DNA of 64,000 nt from Candidatus Marinacidobacterales bacterium. GTDB lineage: Bacteria; Acidobacteriota; Vicinamibacteria; Marinacidobacterales; DATDRI01. Numbering within the stretch: the first letter of the stretch is position 1; every line of letters begins with the position of its first letter. Position numbers and translations under genes: made by a program. Location of the stretch: contig CBDCNP010000002.1 in assembly GCA_965219415.1 (NCBI GenBank), forward strand, positions 4,064,001 through 4,128,000, written 5' to 3'. The notes beneath the pieces are model-generated. The model was not told the DNA's origin. It worked only from the letters and a program-made list of their open reading frames with translations, and ran no database searches. Below are positions 50,084-60,667 of the stretch, in pieces.

Positions 50084-51466
50084 GGGTCTACGCGGATTCG
50101 TGTGGGTTGAAAACTGCATTTCTGGGTAATGGCGGAAGGAAAGCCGCCACGATCTTCAGCTTGAGATATTCCTCGTCGCGATAGCCGTAGGCGCGTCGTT
50201 GCAGAACACGGATTTTGTTGTTGACCCCTTCAACTAGGCCGAGACTGACTTTGTTCTCCGGATGACAGTAGGAGGCGATACCATCCCAATGGGACTCAAT
50301 CATACCGGCGAACTTCTGGTACGGATGCAGGCGTTGCCATTTGAGGCTGTCTTTCCAACGGGTGAAAAAGGCGCGAGCGCCGCGTTCGGTGCGGTAATCC
50401 CAGAGTTGCCCGAAGGCCTCCTTCAAAATATAGGCGGTGTTCAGGCGCCGGTTGGCCTGGAGCAACTTTTTGAGTGCGCGGCGACCGTCTAGGCTCAGGT
50501 TCTCCCGCCGGGAAAGCAAAGTGTAACGCTGCCCCTTGATGTACGACCGGTCCTTGCCGCTGAGGCGTTTGTACTCACCGCGCCGGACCTCATCGAGGGC
50601 CTTTGACAGATGACGCATGATATGAAACTTGTCGAAGATGATCCGCGCATTAGGCGCGTTGTGAATCACCGAGTTCCGGAAGGGCTTCCACATATCCATG
50701 GCGGCCAGCTTGATACGGGCGCTTTTCTTTCCGCCCGGCGCCTTGAAGAACAAATCGATGTCGGTTTCTTTGCGACCCTCACCGCCCACCCAGATGGGAC
50801 GCGCCCGCTCCAGGTCGCTGACAATGACGCGATAGTTATGTCCCTTGCGGATGGAGATTTCATCGACACCGATGGCCCGAGGCGCCGGTAGCCCCGCCCG
50901 GTCGACCTACTCTTGCATGTAGAGCGTATCCAGAGCCTTCACCGTACCGTGGTGCAGACGTTCCATCTCGGCCACCGCCTTGTTCGGCATATCCCGGCAC
51001 AGCTTGCCCACATGCGTCGCAAAACGCTGGGTGTAGCGCGAGTTGTTCGCCAGCCAGTCTAGGTGTTCTACATGCACACCGCCGCACCCAGAACAGTTGA
51101 CGCGCCAACGCTCGTATTCCAGATAGATCCGCCAGCCTGCCAACGACAGGTCGCGGACCCGGCACACTTGCTTGTCATAGCGCCCCCGGCACCGTTGCCC
51201 ACAGTAAGAGCACACAGCTGTTTTTTTCGCCTCTTGAGCTGGATGACGCGGGCGTATCGGTCACCGAATAGACCCTTCAATCCGGCACCAACCACGAAAC
51301 CTGGCAGCGCAAACAGCGAGCGGATCGACTGGGAATTTTTCACTCGGTTAGCCTATCCTAAAATGGACCACTTTTCAGCACCTGATGAAGTACTCGATAC
51401 CTTTTCCACACAATGAGTTACACTGTTTTTCCGTCAGAACTTACCCACACGAATCCGCGTAAACCC
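50084..51466 (-). mobile_element. ISL3-family insertion sequence with disrupted transposase
   Basis: TIRs GGGTCTACGCGGATTCGTGTGGGT and GGGTTTACGCGGATTCGTGTGGGT. Motifs AAMDMWKPF, FDKFH, EGVNNKI and RAYGYR. A7C slippery run at 51220-51227 and a premature TAG at 50907. No TSD. Confidence 0.9.
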
Positions 51467-51473
51467 GTTCTTT

Positions 51474-51707
51474 ATGCCGATATTCGAGTATGCCTGCTTG
51501 GAATGCGACAAGCGGTTCGGGACGCTCGTCTTGGGCTCGAGCGCCGACGCGCCTCGGTGTCCTTCCTGCGAGAGCGAGAGGTTAGAAAAGCAACTCTCGG
51601 TGTTTGCAGTGAATACGGGAAACGGGTCGTCCGCAGCTCGTGAGGTCCCCGGGTCCTGTGGGTCGTGCGGTGACCCCCGCGGTCCGGGCTCGTGCTCGAT
51701 GAACTGA
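51474..51707 (+). CDS. FmdB-family zinc ribbon protein
   Basis: MPIFEYACLEC..F..CPSCES..LEKQLS. Confidence 0.88.
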   Translation: MPIFEYACLECDKRFGTLVLGSSADAPRCPSCESERLEKQLSVFAVNTGNGSSAAREVPGSCGSCGDPRGPGSCSMN

Positions 51708-51881
51708 GCTCTCCCCCGAATCGTCGGCGCCTAGGATCTCGAACGTCCCGGCTCCGTGCGCCATGTCTCCACTGGACTCGTCCGTGGTGACGCCGATCTT
51801 GACCACTCGATGGGTAAATCGCGACTGGAAGGGAGGGGTGCGGCCGGGGCAAAGTTTCCCCAGCCGCACCTCTCTTGGTGC

Positions 51882-54800
51882 TTAGAACGGAGAGTAACGG
51901 AACGTGTCCACGAAGAGTTGTAGGTTTGGGGAGAAGGCCGGTGGAGTTGGAAAGGCGTCGCTCCCCAAAACTGCCGTCTGTCCAGAAAGGCCGAGCCCAC
52001 CGCTCTTGCTGACATAGAGGTGCTCGTCGCGGTGGTAAAGCCCGGTCACTTTCCCGGCACCCAAGTCGACTGTGCCCTGGGTCCCGACCGCCGAACTCAA
52101 ATCGAAGGAGCCGAGTCCAGCAGTGACGCCCGCCGCCGTGAGACTGCTAGAGAACTCTTGGATACAAAGGACGGGCTCGAAGTCCCTGGAGGTCGAGGCG
52201 AAGAAGACCACTCCATTGGTATTGAGCCCGGTGCCTCTGGCCGCCACCGGCGGGACCAGGACCCGATGGCCTTCCTCTAGATCGAAGAAAAAGGGATCTC
52301 CGCCATCGGTAAGGACTAGGTTTCCGGGAAAGGCCGCGTCGCCGACAGGGACGGTACTAATTTTATCGGCGTCTTCGATGCCCACCATCTTGAACCGGTC
52401 CGGTTCCGTGAGCTCGACTCGCCGATCGCCTCCCGTCCCTAAGAAAATTAGAATCCGGTCGGTATTGGCGAGCTTCAGAATCGCGGCTCGAGAGGAGATC
52501 GGCTGATTGTGCAGTCCTTGCCCAGGAGCTTGGTCGGCTTCGCTGGTCACCTCGAAGAACACGCCGAACTCCCAGTTCGCCGGATTGGGGTCGGTGCAAT
52601 CCAACTTGTGCACCAACCCTTGGAGGTCCCCGATATAGACCCGAGTCACGTAGTCCCTCCCGTCGTTCACCCCGGGTTCGTGTGGGTTGAACAGAGCGGG
52701 AGTCGCCACCAAAGCATTTTGATCGACCCCGACTTCGCCTGCGCTACCATCCACCACGTCCGGAATCGGTCCCAATTTCTGGTATACGACGCCGTCCTCG
52801 AGAGCGAGCACATAGAGAAATCTTCCCTCTTCAGTTCCCTCGCAGCCGTAGCCCGACGCGGCGAAGAGCACCCATTGCCCTTGGGGAGTGCCGTTTTGCA
52901 CTCTCCCCATGGACGCAACCGCCCAGGTTTCACCCAAGCCATCGTAGTTTTCTCCGTTCACGTCCAGATCGACGGCTCCATCATTATTGCCGACGGTGAA
53001 GAGGCGAGTGGGGGGTTGAAAGCCGGCGGGGAGACTGTTGGTCGAAGTCCCATCCCAATCACCAACCTCTGTAACGTCCAGGGCGGTCAAGAATTTGCCC
53101 CCCGGCCCTCGTCCGAAGGAAACGACGGTGCGCCATTCGGGGCTGCCACTCGGTGCATCCTGGAGATAGACATCCTCGACGTTGGGTGAGGATGCGACGA
53201 AGTACCGATGGTTGGCAACTCCGTTGTTGCCGGCCACGAGATTTGTCACCAGGTCCTTCAGCTTGGGGATGAGGTCATGAGGAACGTAACCGTAGAGCTC
53301 GTAGCCGGTATCGGCACGAAAAGCGTGCAGCATTCCACCGTTGCTTCCCATGTAGACCACGGTCAACCGATTGATGTGCGTGTCGTAAAAGGCGCGGTAT
53401 TCCGCCGACGGCTCTTGCACATCTGATTCGGGGGCCCGTGGCGGCGCGAGCACCACGGCTGGAGACGACAGCGTCGATTCACGGAGTTTCCACATGCGCG
53501 TCGCTCCGTCCTCCTCGAACTCCGAAAAGTTCAGCGTGACACCATCGCTCTTATAGAATCCATCCGTTACGTCGATGACCAGCCGCCAGCCTTGGATGAC
53601 TTTTTCGACGATCTCAACCGCATCCGCGGCGGTCTTGGCTCCGACTGCGGTAGGATCGAGACCACTCAGAAATCCGATACCCACACCCAGATCGGCCGCG
53701 GCGAGAGTCGTCGAACCCAACGTAGAGTTCAGTTGGCCCCCCGTTCCGTCTGAGCGATTGAAATAGATCCTTCGTGGATCGGTAAGGAGCACCCGATCTC
53801 TGAGCAGCTTACCCGCATCCCAAAGCTCGGTGAAATCGGCAATGCGGGTATCGTCTGGCTGAACTTCGAAGGTGTTGAGGGCCTTAACGGATCCGTCGAA
53901 CCCAGGGGTCGTGAATTGCGTCGTGAACAGAACATTGTTGCGATGGGCTGCCCTTTGCCCTCGGGCGGCGGTGTCGCCGATCCCACTGGCGAGCAGGTCA
54001 GCTGCGGTCAGGGCCGGATTACTCGTGGGTACCGTTTCCTTCACCGAACCGACGACCGAGGCGGCCAGGCTAAGCGTTGCCTCCGGCACGCCCACTTGAG
54101 CGAGAACACTGAGCAGCTGGGCGGCCATCTCGTCGGCGTCATCGGAAATGAAGGCCGGTCGAGAGCAGCCGAACCCTCCCTCGACAGGACACTCTGGACG
54201 AGCCGTCCAGCCGAAGCCGGAAGCCTGCCAACTCCAGTGGTTGGCCGCTTTCCGGGACCGTGTGCTCGGATCGAACATGTACCCGATGAAGATGTCCCCT
54301 TCGCTGCCGTCGAAAGTAGGATCGATGCGGGAGAGCGCATGCCGGGCCATGACGCCCGAGCTAAAGGCGGCCCGGAATCCGCTGGTGCTGCCAAAGGTAG
54401 CGAAGTCCTCGAACACGGGGCTTCCTGGTGTGCCGTCCACTCTCAAAACCGCGGTGCTCTGCGTTGGCGAAGGCGAGAAGCCGACGTGGGTGGGTGGCAA
54501 CTCGATGAAGTCGGGTAGTGTGTCGACAGGGCCCACGGGATCGCTTTCGCAAGTGCAGTCTTCCGCACCGTCGGAAATATAGATGATGATGTTCTTTTGT
54601 CCGGCGGGCCGGGTGGGTCCCATGAAACCATTGGCGATCATATTGGCGATCTGATCGAGTGCGACGACGTTCACCGTACCCGAGTGGTGTCCGATTCCTC
54701 CTTCAGAATCCGGTCGGAGCCTCAACAGGATTTGTTCTCTGTTGTCGTTGGTTCCGCAGGCGACGGGAATGGTCAAATCCTTCATCTCGAGACCCACACA

Positions 54801-55241
54801 GTTGTCTTGCCTCACACCGATGCCGAGCCCAAAATCGTATGTGTTACCAACCGCCGTCTGGAGCGAACCATCGGGGTTTAAGAGTTGCGGAACCAGGCAG
54901 CCGGGCTCTCCCGGGTCGGGGGGGCCATCGTCTTGCCGAGCGGTATAGAAGAAACCCCAGTTGACCGCATCGCCGACGCCGCCAATCACCACTTCCAATA
55001 CATCCTTGGCGACATCCAAACGATCCCTCCCGAGCGGATCGCCAGGAACGGAGCTGGACATCGAGCCCGAGTTGTCGATGCCGATCCAGACGTTGTGCCT
55101 GACTTGCGTCGCCAAGACTTCCAGCGGATCGTCACCGCGCAGGACGAGGCAACCCACCGCGCGCCCACTTTGTGACCACGTAAGCGCCAATCCGCAGGCC
55201 ACGAGTGTCAGCACACTTCTCTTCCAGACAGTCTTCCACAT
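51882..55241 (-). CDS. pilY1: PilY1/PilC-like type IV pilus tip adhesin with vWA domain
   Basis: Signal peptide; MIDAS IDNSGSM; YISDG; VYMGSNGGMLHAF..GYELYGYVP; LGETW; VYIGDLQG. Confidence 0.8.
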   Translation of the reverse strand: MWKTVWKRSVLTLVACGLALTWSQSGRAVGCLVLRGDDPLEVLATQVRHNVWIGIDNSGSMSSSVPGDPLGRDRLDVAKDVLEVVIGGVGDAVNWGFFYTARQDDGPPDPGEPGCLVPQLLNPDGSLQTAVGNTYDFGLGIGVRQDNCVGLEMKDLTIPVACGTNDNREQILLRLRPDSEGGIGHHSGTVNVVALDQIANMIANGFMGPTRPAGQKNIIIYISDGAEDCTCESDPVGPVDTLPDFIELPPTHVGFSPSPTQSTAVLRVDGTPGSPVFEDFATFGSTSGFRAAFSSGVMARHALSRIDPTFDGSEGDIFIGYMFDPSTRSRKAANHWSWQASGFGWTARPECPVEGGFGCSRPAFISDDADEMAAQLLSVLAQVGVPEATLSLAASVVGSVKETVPTSNPALTAADLLASGIGDTAARGQRAAHRNNVLFTTQFTTPGFDGSVKALNTFEVQPDDTRIADFTELWDAGKLLRDRVLLTDPRRIYFNRSDGTGGQLNSTLGSTTLAAADLGVGIGFLSGLDPTAVGAKTAADAVEIVEKVIQGWRLVIDVTDGFYKSDGVTLNFSEFEEDGATRMWKLRESTLSSPAVVLAPPRAPESDVQEPSAEYRAFYDTHINRLTVVYMGSNGGMLHAFRADTGYELYGYVPHDLIPKLKDLVTNLVAGNNGVANHRYFVASSPNVEDVYLQDAPSGSPEWRTVVSFGRGPGGKFLTALDVTEVGDWDGTSTNSLPAGFQPPTRLFTVGNNDGAVDLDVNGENYDGLGETWAVASMGRVQNGTPQGQWVLFAASGYGCEGTEEGRFLYVLALEDGVVYQKLGPIPDVVDGSAGEVGVDQNALVATPALFNPHEPGVNDGRDYVTRVYIGDLQGLVHKLDCTDPNPANWEFGVFFEVTSEADQAPGQGLHNQPISSRAAILKLANTDRILIFLGTGGDRRVELTEPDRFKMVGIEDADKISTVPVGDAAFPGNLVLTDGGDPFFFDLEEGHRVLVPPVAARGTGLNTNGVVFFASTSRDFEPVLCIQEFSSSLTAAGVTAGLGSFDLSSAVGTQGTVDLGAGKVTGLYHRDEHLYVSKSGGLGLSGQTAVLGSDAFPTPPAFSPNLQLFVDTFRYSPF

Positions 55242-55920
55242 GACTTCCTCTCTTCTTGATCCCCAGTTCAGCAAAAACGATTCGGCGAGGATCTCGGCCG
55301 GGGCAGACGAATCACCGACGATCTGTTCTGGAGTTGTGGAGCCTAGGTGGGTCGCGAAGCGAGGTTGAATGAGTGCTTTTTGAGCGTCTCAGCTAGAACG
55401 GGGGACCTTGAGAAAAACGAATTAAACGGCGGTCTCCGGAAAACAACGGCTTCAGCCACGCCCTCTCGATCTGCATCACCGCGGGCTCGATTTGGAATTA
55501 CATTGGCACACTCCTTCTACAAGGACCCGAAAAAGCAAGTATCGAGCCAGCGGACGCGGTCTGTATGTAAATAGTTTAAACAGAATGAGTTAGCTTGCCA
55601 TCTCGGTCCTCCGCGCGGCCCCCAAGGGTCCGGGGGGTGTTACTTTTGGTGACATCTTCGGAAGCGGGGAGGAAGCCGCGGCAACCGATCCTGGCGGTGG
55701 CATGAGCACGTAATCGCGCTTGATGTTGGCATGCCAGCGCGTGAAGTACCGGTTCGCCGGGAGGGGTCGGACGGTTCGAAACTTCAATAAGTACCAGGGG
55801 CAGGTGGGGTCGATGTGATGGTGGACATGACGGTTCAAGTTAAAATGTCGAGCTGCCGGAGTATCGGCCGGACGCGTTGCCGCAAACCGAAGCGGATGAT
55901 TCGAGGCAAGATCGTCGACC

Positions 55921-56862
55921 TCACACGAAATCGAGGAGTCTGAAAGGCTCGCCCCTAGTGGCAATCGGATCCCCACCCAGCCAACGGGCAAGCACCGTGG
56001 AGTAGACACTTCGAAAATCCACGGTGTGAACCATATCGCCCACCAGATCGGTTTCATCCTTCCCCAGCCCGGGATGCTTCCCATGAAAGCCGGGCTTCAC
56101 CGAGCCTCCGATGAGGAACATTTGGTTGGCAGTTCCGTGATCGGTTCCGGCGGTGGCGTTTTCCCGAACCCGACGCCCGAATTCGCTCAGCGTCATGACC
56201 AGCACTTCGTTCTGTTTCCGGAGCGCTCGAACGTCGTCCCAGAAGGCCTTGATTTCCCAGGCTAGTCTAGCGAGAAGATTGGCGTGTATACCCCGCTCGG
56301 GATTTTCCGTCTCCGCCTGGTTTGCGTGAGTATCGAACCCCTTCATCCTCACGTGGAAGATCTTTGCCGGCGAGTCGGCGCGCAGGGCGCCAACCACGTG
56401 ACTCAACGTGGCTCCTAGCGTCTGGTTCGTGCGGACCGCCGCACTCGGAAAGTCCTGGAACCAGTCACTGTTCCCATTACTGCCGTCGAGACATCCGGTG
56501 TGCCAGATCGATCCCGATCTCACATGACAGCGGCTTGGGTTGGGGTAGCCGACTCCATGGACGATCGCCACATCGCCCCGGTCGTAAAGCTCCCGCAGAG
56601 GTGCCAGAGCAGGGTGGAACCCGAACATGTCTGTCAATTTGAGCACTTTCTTAGCCGGGATAGCCAGCTTGGGGCGGGCGGCGTAATAGTCGGGGTTCGT
56701 GTAGGGGACGACCGTATTCAAACCGTCCGAGCCTCCAACGAGCTCGATCGCCACCAAGCTTTTGGACGATCCAAGAGCCTCCGCGCTGCGACTGAGAGCT
56801 GACGGTGCCGACAAGGCGGTGGAGAAGACGGCCGCTTCTTTCAAGAACGTCCTTCGGTCCAT
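55921..56862 (-). CDS. DUF1501 domain protein with Tat signal
   Basis: MDRRTFLK; GGSDGLNTVVP; GFDTHANQ; SEFGRR..GTDHG; DFRSVY. Confidence 0.85.
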   Translation of the reverse strand: MDRRTFLKEAAVFSTALSAPSALSRSAEALGSSKSLVAIELVGGSDGLNTVVPYTNPDYYAARPKLAIPAKKVLKLTDMFGFHPALAPLRELYDRGDVAIVHGVGYPNPSRCHVRSGSIWHTGCLDGSNGNSDWFQDFPSAAVRTNQTLGATLSHVVGALRADSPAKIFHVRMKGFDTHANQAETENPERGIHANLLARLAWEIKAFWDDVRALRKQNEVLVMTLSEFGRRVRENATAGTDHGTANQMFLIGGSVKPGFHGKHPGLGKDETDLVGDMVHTVDFRSVYSTVLARWLGGDPIATRGEPFRLLDFV

Positions 56863-56876
56863 CGGATCGCCTCTCG

Positions 56877-58160
56877 CTATTTGATACGGAAGTCTGACAC
56901 TTTGGGTGGGATCACCGGATCTTCCGAGTGCGGCGTCCCTTCCGGCACCCAATCATAAGGCACGGGCTGGGCCCGGAAGACCCAGTTGACCATCATCTGC
57001 GCTTCCTCTTGATGGCGGATACCGGTGTGTCTCCCGAAGTGAGGGTTGACGTACTCCCAAACGATCTCGCCGTCAGGAGTGACCTGAAAGACTCTCCCGT
57101 GAATGCCCTCGTCGATCAGGGTGTTCCCGTTGGGTAGTCTCCTCGCGCTACTGATGATGGGGCTGAAGAAGTTCCAGTAGGGTTGTTGGGAAGACGATGC
57201 GTCGTACTGCCAGACGATCTCCTTGGTGATGGGATCGAGCTCCAACACCCTCGAGCCTTGAAAGAGCTCTAAATAAAACGGCGGAACCCCACCCGGCCCC
57301 TCGTTATCGAAGACGAGCACGTTTCCTGCTCCCGGCGATCCTTCGGGAATCAAGTGCACGTCATGCTGAAAGGAAAGCTGGTCCACCGGCCGGGGCAGCT
57401 TTCCGCTGAAGCTGCTCTGGGAATAATCGTGAGCGCCGGGGTAGTCGGGACCCATGCTCCAGACGAAGTCTCCCGTTTTTTTCTCGATGATCCCAATGAA
57501 ATTCCACCCCGGAGAGCACACGAAGATATTGTCCGGATGAAACCGCTCGTCGCCCTCCCGGTACCATTTGTTCTGGCCAAGAGGAGATATCGTATTGAAA
57601 CCCAGGAACAAGGATCTCGCCCGTACCCGACCATTCTGGACCAGTTCTTTCGCCTCATTGGAAAGCACCGCCCAATCCGGATGCTCAGACGGGAGCCACT
57701 GCCACACCACGTCTCCGTCCGGGTTGACCTCGTAGATGGCCTGGCCGCGAATTCGGGTCTGGCCGAGCTCGGCCTCTGGTCCGCCCAGGCTAATGTAGGA
57801 GAGAACGAGCGTGTTGCCATTGGGCAGTCGGGCCAGGTCGTGGTTCTGGAGAGCCAACCCCCCGGGCGCCTTCTTCCCCCACTCCCACACGATGTTGCCG
57901 TCCCAATCCACTTCCAACAACGTCTTGTTTCTACTTCTCTCGGGCTCCTTTTGAAGAAGTACGTGACCACGCTCACCCTTGGCGAGTCGGGGCTCTATCA
58001 TCTCCGCCGGGAAGCCAGGATAGTCGAAGACTTTGACGTCGTTCCCGTTCATGTCGATGAGATACGACCTCGCGTCTCGTCCTTCGTGCAACACGAAACA
58101 GTTGTAGGCTTTCTCGGGCCGGTAGATGGTGACCCCGGTGGGGAAGACCGATGGTGGCAT
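56877..58160 (-). CDS. Aryl-sulfate sulfotransferase (ASST) family beta-propeller protein
   Basis: PTGVTIY, LIDMNG, QNHDLARLPNGNTL, QHDVH, VFDN, SSARRLPNGNTLI. Confidence 0.85.
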   Translation of the reverse strand: MPPSVFPTGVTIYRPEKAYNCFVLHEGRDARSYLIDMNGNDVKVFDYPGFPAEMIEPRLAKGERGHVLLQKEPERSRNKTLLEVDWDGNIVWEWGKKAPGGLALQNHDLARLPNGNTLVLSYISLGGPEAELGQTRIRGQAIYEVNPDGDVVWQWLPSEHPDWAVLSNEAKELVQNGRVRARSLFLGFNTISPLGQNKWYREGDERFHPDNIFVCSPGWNFIGIIEKKTGDFVWSMGPDYPGAHDYSQSSFSGKLPRPVDQLSFQHDVHLIPEGSPGAGNVLVFDNEGPGGVPPFYLELFQGSRVLELDPITKEIVWQYDASSSQQPYWNFFSPIISSARRLPNGNTLIDEGIHGRVFQVTPDGEIVWEYVNPHFGRHTGIRHQEEAQMMVNWVFRAQPVPYDWVPEGTPHSEDPVIPPKVSDFRIK

Positions 58161-59059
58161 AGATCCCTCCCGTATTAACTAAGTAGCCGATTAGTTCCAG
58201 ACTAGGGTGTGTTGTCAAACGTCAATGGAAAGTTGGTGAGTAAAGCCTAGCGGGCGTCGTTCAAGTAATCCCAGGCCACACCCCGTCCTGTGCCAAAACT
58301 CGGCCCTTTTGAAATAGGCCATAAATCAGCCACTTAGAGTCTGTGTTTTGCGACTAGGTCAAGGGCCGTGGGCTTTACAATCGTCTGGCCCGAGGGTGTT
58401 ATCTTCAGCTCCATGATGACCTACCATGTGCAATTCTTACTGCTCGTTCTGGCTATGTCAACCGCCAGCAGCAGGACGTGATTGACTAACTGCGAGAGGA
58501 GAACCGTGTGCTCCGAGCCGGGTTCGGGGCAAACGTCTCAGGTTCTCCGACGACGACCGGCGTAGGCTCGCCGTCAAGGCCCAGGCCTTGGGCCGCTGGG
58601 TGCTGGCCGAGATTGCGTCCGTTGCCACACCTGCTACGCTGCTGCGCTGGTACCGCTACCTCATCGCAGCCAAGTACGATGGCACCAAGAATCGGAGTCC
58701 AGGCCGACCTCCCACGGCGAAAGACGTCCGTGAGCTCATGGTACGTGTGGCACGGGAGAACCCGACATGCGGATATACGCGCCTGCAGGGCGCACTCAAG
58801 AACCTCGGATATGAACTTGGGCGCAACACCATCAAGGGGGCCCTCGCCGAGCACGGTATCGCGCCTGCCCCGGAGCGGAGCAAGAGTATGCCGTAGAGCA
58901 CCTTCATCAAGGCTCATTGGGGCGCTATCGCTGCGACAGATTCAGGAACACGCTTGGATATTCGCTCTCGCCTACGTGGTCTTCTGCATGGTGACGACCC
59001 GTCCGCCCAAGACGATTGTGAAGTGACCCCGCTTTCGTGGACAGGTTAAGAGTTAGGGA

Positions 59060-59911
59060 TCAAGCGTCGCGATAGTACCTCCTTTCGAATTGGATAGGCG
59101 AGCAATAGTCGATGGCGGAGTGTCGTCGTCGCGGGTTGTACCAGCCTTCGATGAAATCGAAGGTCGCCATGCGCGCCTCAGCGTGGTAGCGAAACGACCG
59201 GCGCTCGATCAGCTCGCACTCGAGCGTCGCGAAGAAGCTCTCGCACATCGCATTGTCGTAACAGTCCCCGACCGAACCCATCGACGGTCGCACCCCGGCC
59301 TCCCGGCATCGCTGGCCGAACGCTAGTGACGTGTACTGCGTGCCCTGGTCCGAGTGATGGATGACGTCGCCGGGCTTGCGTTGGAACAGCGCCATGTCGA
59401 GGGCGCTCAAGACGAGCGACGTCCGCAGGTGGGTAGCCATTGCCCATCCGACGATGCGTCGGCTGAAGGCGTCCAGCACGACGGCGAGGAACAAGAAGCC
59501 CGACCACGTGGGCACGTAGGTGATATCGGCGACCCACAGGCGGTCGGGCCGGTCCACCTCGAAATTCCTGTCGACGAGATCGGGGGCGGGACGGGCGTCG
59601 TCACAGCGAATCGTAGTGTGCGCCCTCTTGCGCCGGTGAACACCTTGAATGCCAGCCTCGCGCATCAGCCGCGCTACACGCTTGCGTGAGACGTGGAGCT
59701 CGTGTGTCTCTCGTAGCTCGTGGAGGATCCTCGGCGCGCCGTACGTGCTCCGCGACGCGGTGTGAATCGCCCGGATCTTCTCAAGCAACTCCGCATCCGA
59801 CACCGCGCGGGCCGACGGGGCACGCTCAAGCCACGCATAGTAGCCGCTGGCGGAGACGTCCAGCAGTCGGCACATCGTGGCAACCGGTAGTGAATCCTGG
59901 TTCGCCCTCAC
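59060..59911 (-). CDS. IS3 transposase OrfB (DDE)
   Basis: WVADITY, HHSDQGTQY, DNAMCESFF. Confidence 0.92.
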   Translation of the reverse strand: MRANQDSLPVATMCRLLDVSASGYYAWLERAPSARAVSDAELLEKIRAIHTASRSTYGAPRILHELRETHELHVSRKRVARLMREAGIQGVHRRKRAHTTIRCDDARPAPDLVDRNFEVDRPDRLWVADITYVPTWSGFLFLAVVLDAFSRRIVGWAMATHLRTSLVLSALDMALFQRKPGDVIHHSDQGTQYTSLAFGQRCREAGVRPSMGSVGDCYDNAMCESFFATLECELIERRSFRYHAEARMATFDFIEGWYNPRRRHSAIDYCSPIQFERRYYRDA

Positions 59912-60222
59912 GAATCGGAAGGCTTCGGTGGTACCGACTCGGTCTCCCGAGCGAACCAGGCCGCGGCTTTTGAGAGGATCTCCCGCTCCAACCGTAGTTG
60001 ACGGTTCTCCCGTCGCAGGCGGCGGAGCTCCGCACGCTCCTCACTCGTCAGACCGTCCTGCCTGCGACCCTCGTCGAGATCCGCCTGGTTCACCCAGTTC
60101 CGGATCGTCTGGCCCGAGGGCTCAAACTCTCGCGCCAGCTCTTCGGAGCCGCGGCCAGCTCGCACCAGCTCTACCATTTGGCGCCGGAACTCGGCCGCGT
60201 ATCTGTTTCCCTGCTTTGACAT
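59908..60222 (-). CDS. IS3 transposase OrfA
   Basis: YAAEFRRQMV HTH region and leucine zipper ELRRLRRENRQLRLEREIL. Confidence 0.9.
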   Translation of the reverse strand: MSKQGNRYAAEFRRQMVELVRAGRGSEELAREFEPSGQTIRNWVNQADLDEGRRQDGLTSEERAELRRLRRENRQLRLEREILSKAAAWFARETESVPPKPSDS

Positions 60223-60667
60223 CGTGGACTCCTGTCTCCCAAAGGATTAGGTGTCCACGAAAGCGGGTCAAGTCCAATTGTAGAGCCTGCGGCCCTTGGC
60301 ACGGTCGCAAACACAAACACTAAGCTGCTGATTTATGGCCTATTTCAAAAGGGCCGAGTTTTGGCACAGGACGGGGTCCGCTACGAGCGCAATTCGGCCG
60401 GCGGCCCCGTGATCTGGCACAATGGCAGTAACACGATGTGGTACGCGCTGCTCATGCTCCTGCCTACGAGGAGCATGGTGCTGGCGTTCGCGACCAACGA
60501 CGGCGCGTGTTTTTGTCCATCCGGTCTGGCCCACTTTGATCATTTCATTTGGCCCACCCTAAGTTATTGATTACACACGAAGAGAAGTAATAAGTGCCCC
60601 TTTCCTCTGTTGCGGCCGGAGCTAAGTGAAGGCCGCCTCGAGTGAAACCGGAGCAAAGCGTGTTCTG

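Larger units (their letters stand above)
59019..60276 (-). mobile_element. IS3-family insertion sequence
   Basis: TG..CA ends with IRs TGAAGTGACCCCGCTTTCGTGGACA and TGGACTTGACCCGCTTTCGTGGACA. TSD ATTG at 59015-59018 and 60277-60280. Confidence 0.92.
58281..60376. mobile_element. Element bounded by about 110-bp terminal inverted repeats, carrying a decayed integrase-core transposase gene
   Basis: CCCCGTCCTGTGCCAAAACTCGGCCCTTTTGAAATAGGCCATAAATCAGC.. at 58281 and its reverse complement ending at 60376. Remnant [38 protein letters not shown] at about 58430-58960. Confidence 0.8.

Noticed and set aside
55503-55520. TGGCAC sigma54-like -24 box near the pilY1 upstream region
   Set aside because: It lacks the -12 GC at the correct spacing and faces away from pilY1.
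55590-55920. Possible small ORF downstream of DUF1501
   Set aside because: No convincing start, RBS or motif.
33102-58160. Sulfate-ester pathway linking the sulfatase fragment, DUF3604 protein and ASST
   Set aside because: The genes are 20 kb apart and the sulfatase is truncated; no evidence of a functional unit.
58200-58265. CTAGGGTGTGTTGTCAAAC, resembling an IS5-family end
   Set aside because: No partner IR or transposase was found, and the match is too short to support a call.
60520-60560. Repeated TGGCCCA motifs, also inverted at 63040-63075
   Set aside because: Normal multiple transposase-binding repeats at IS21 ends.
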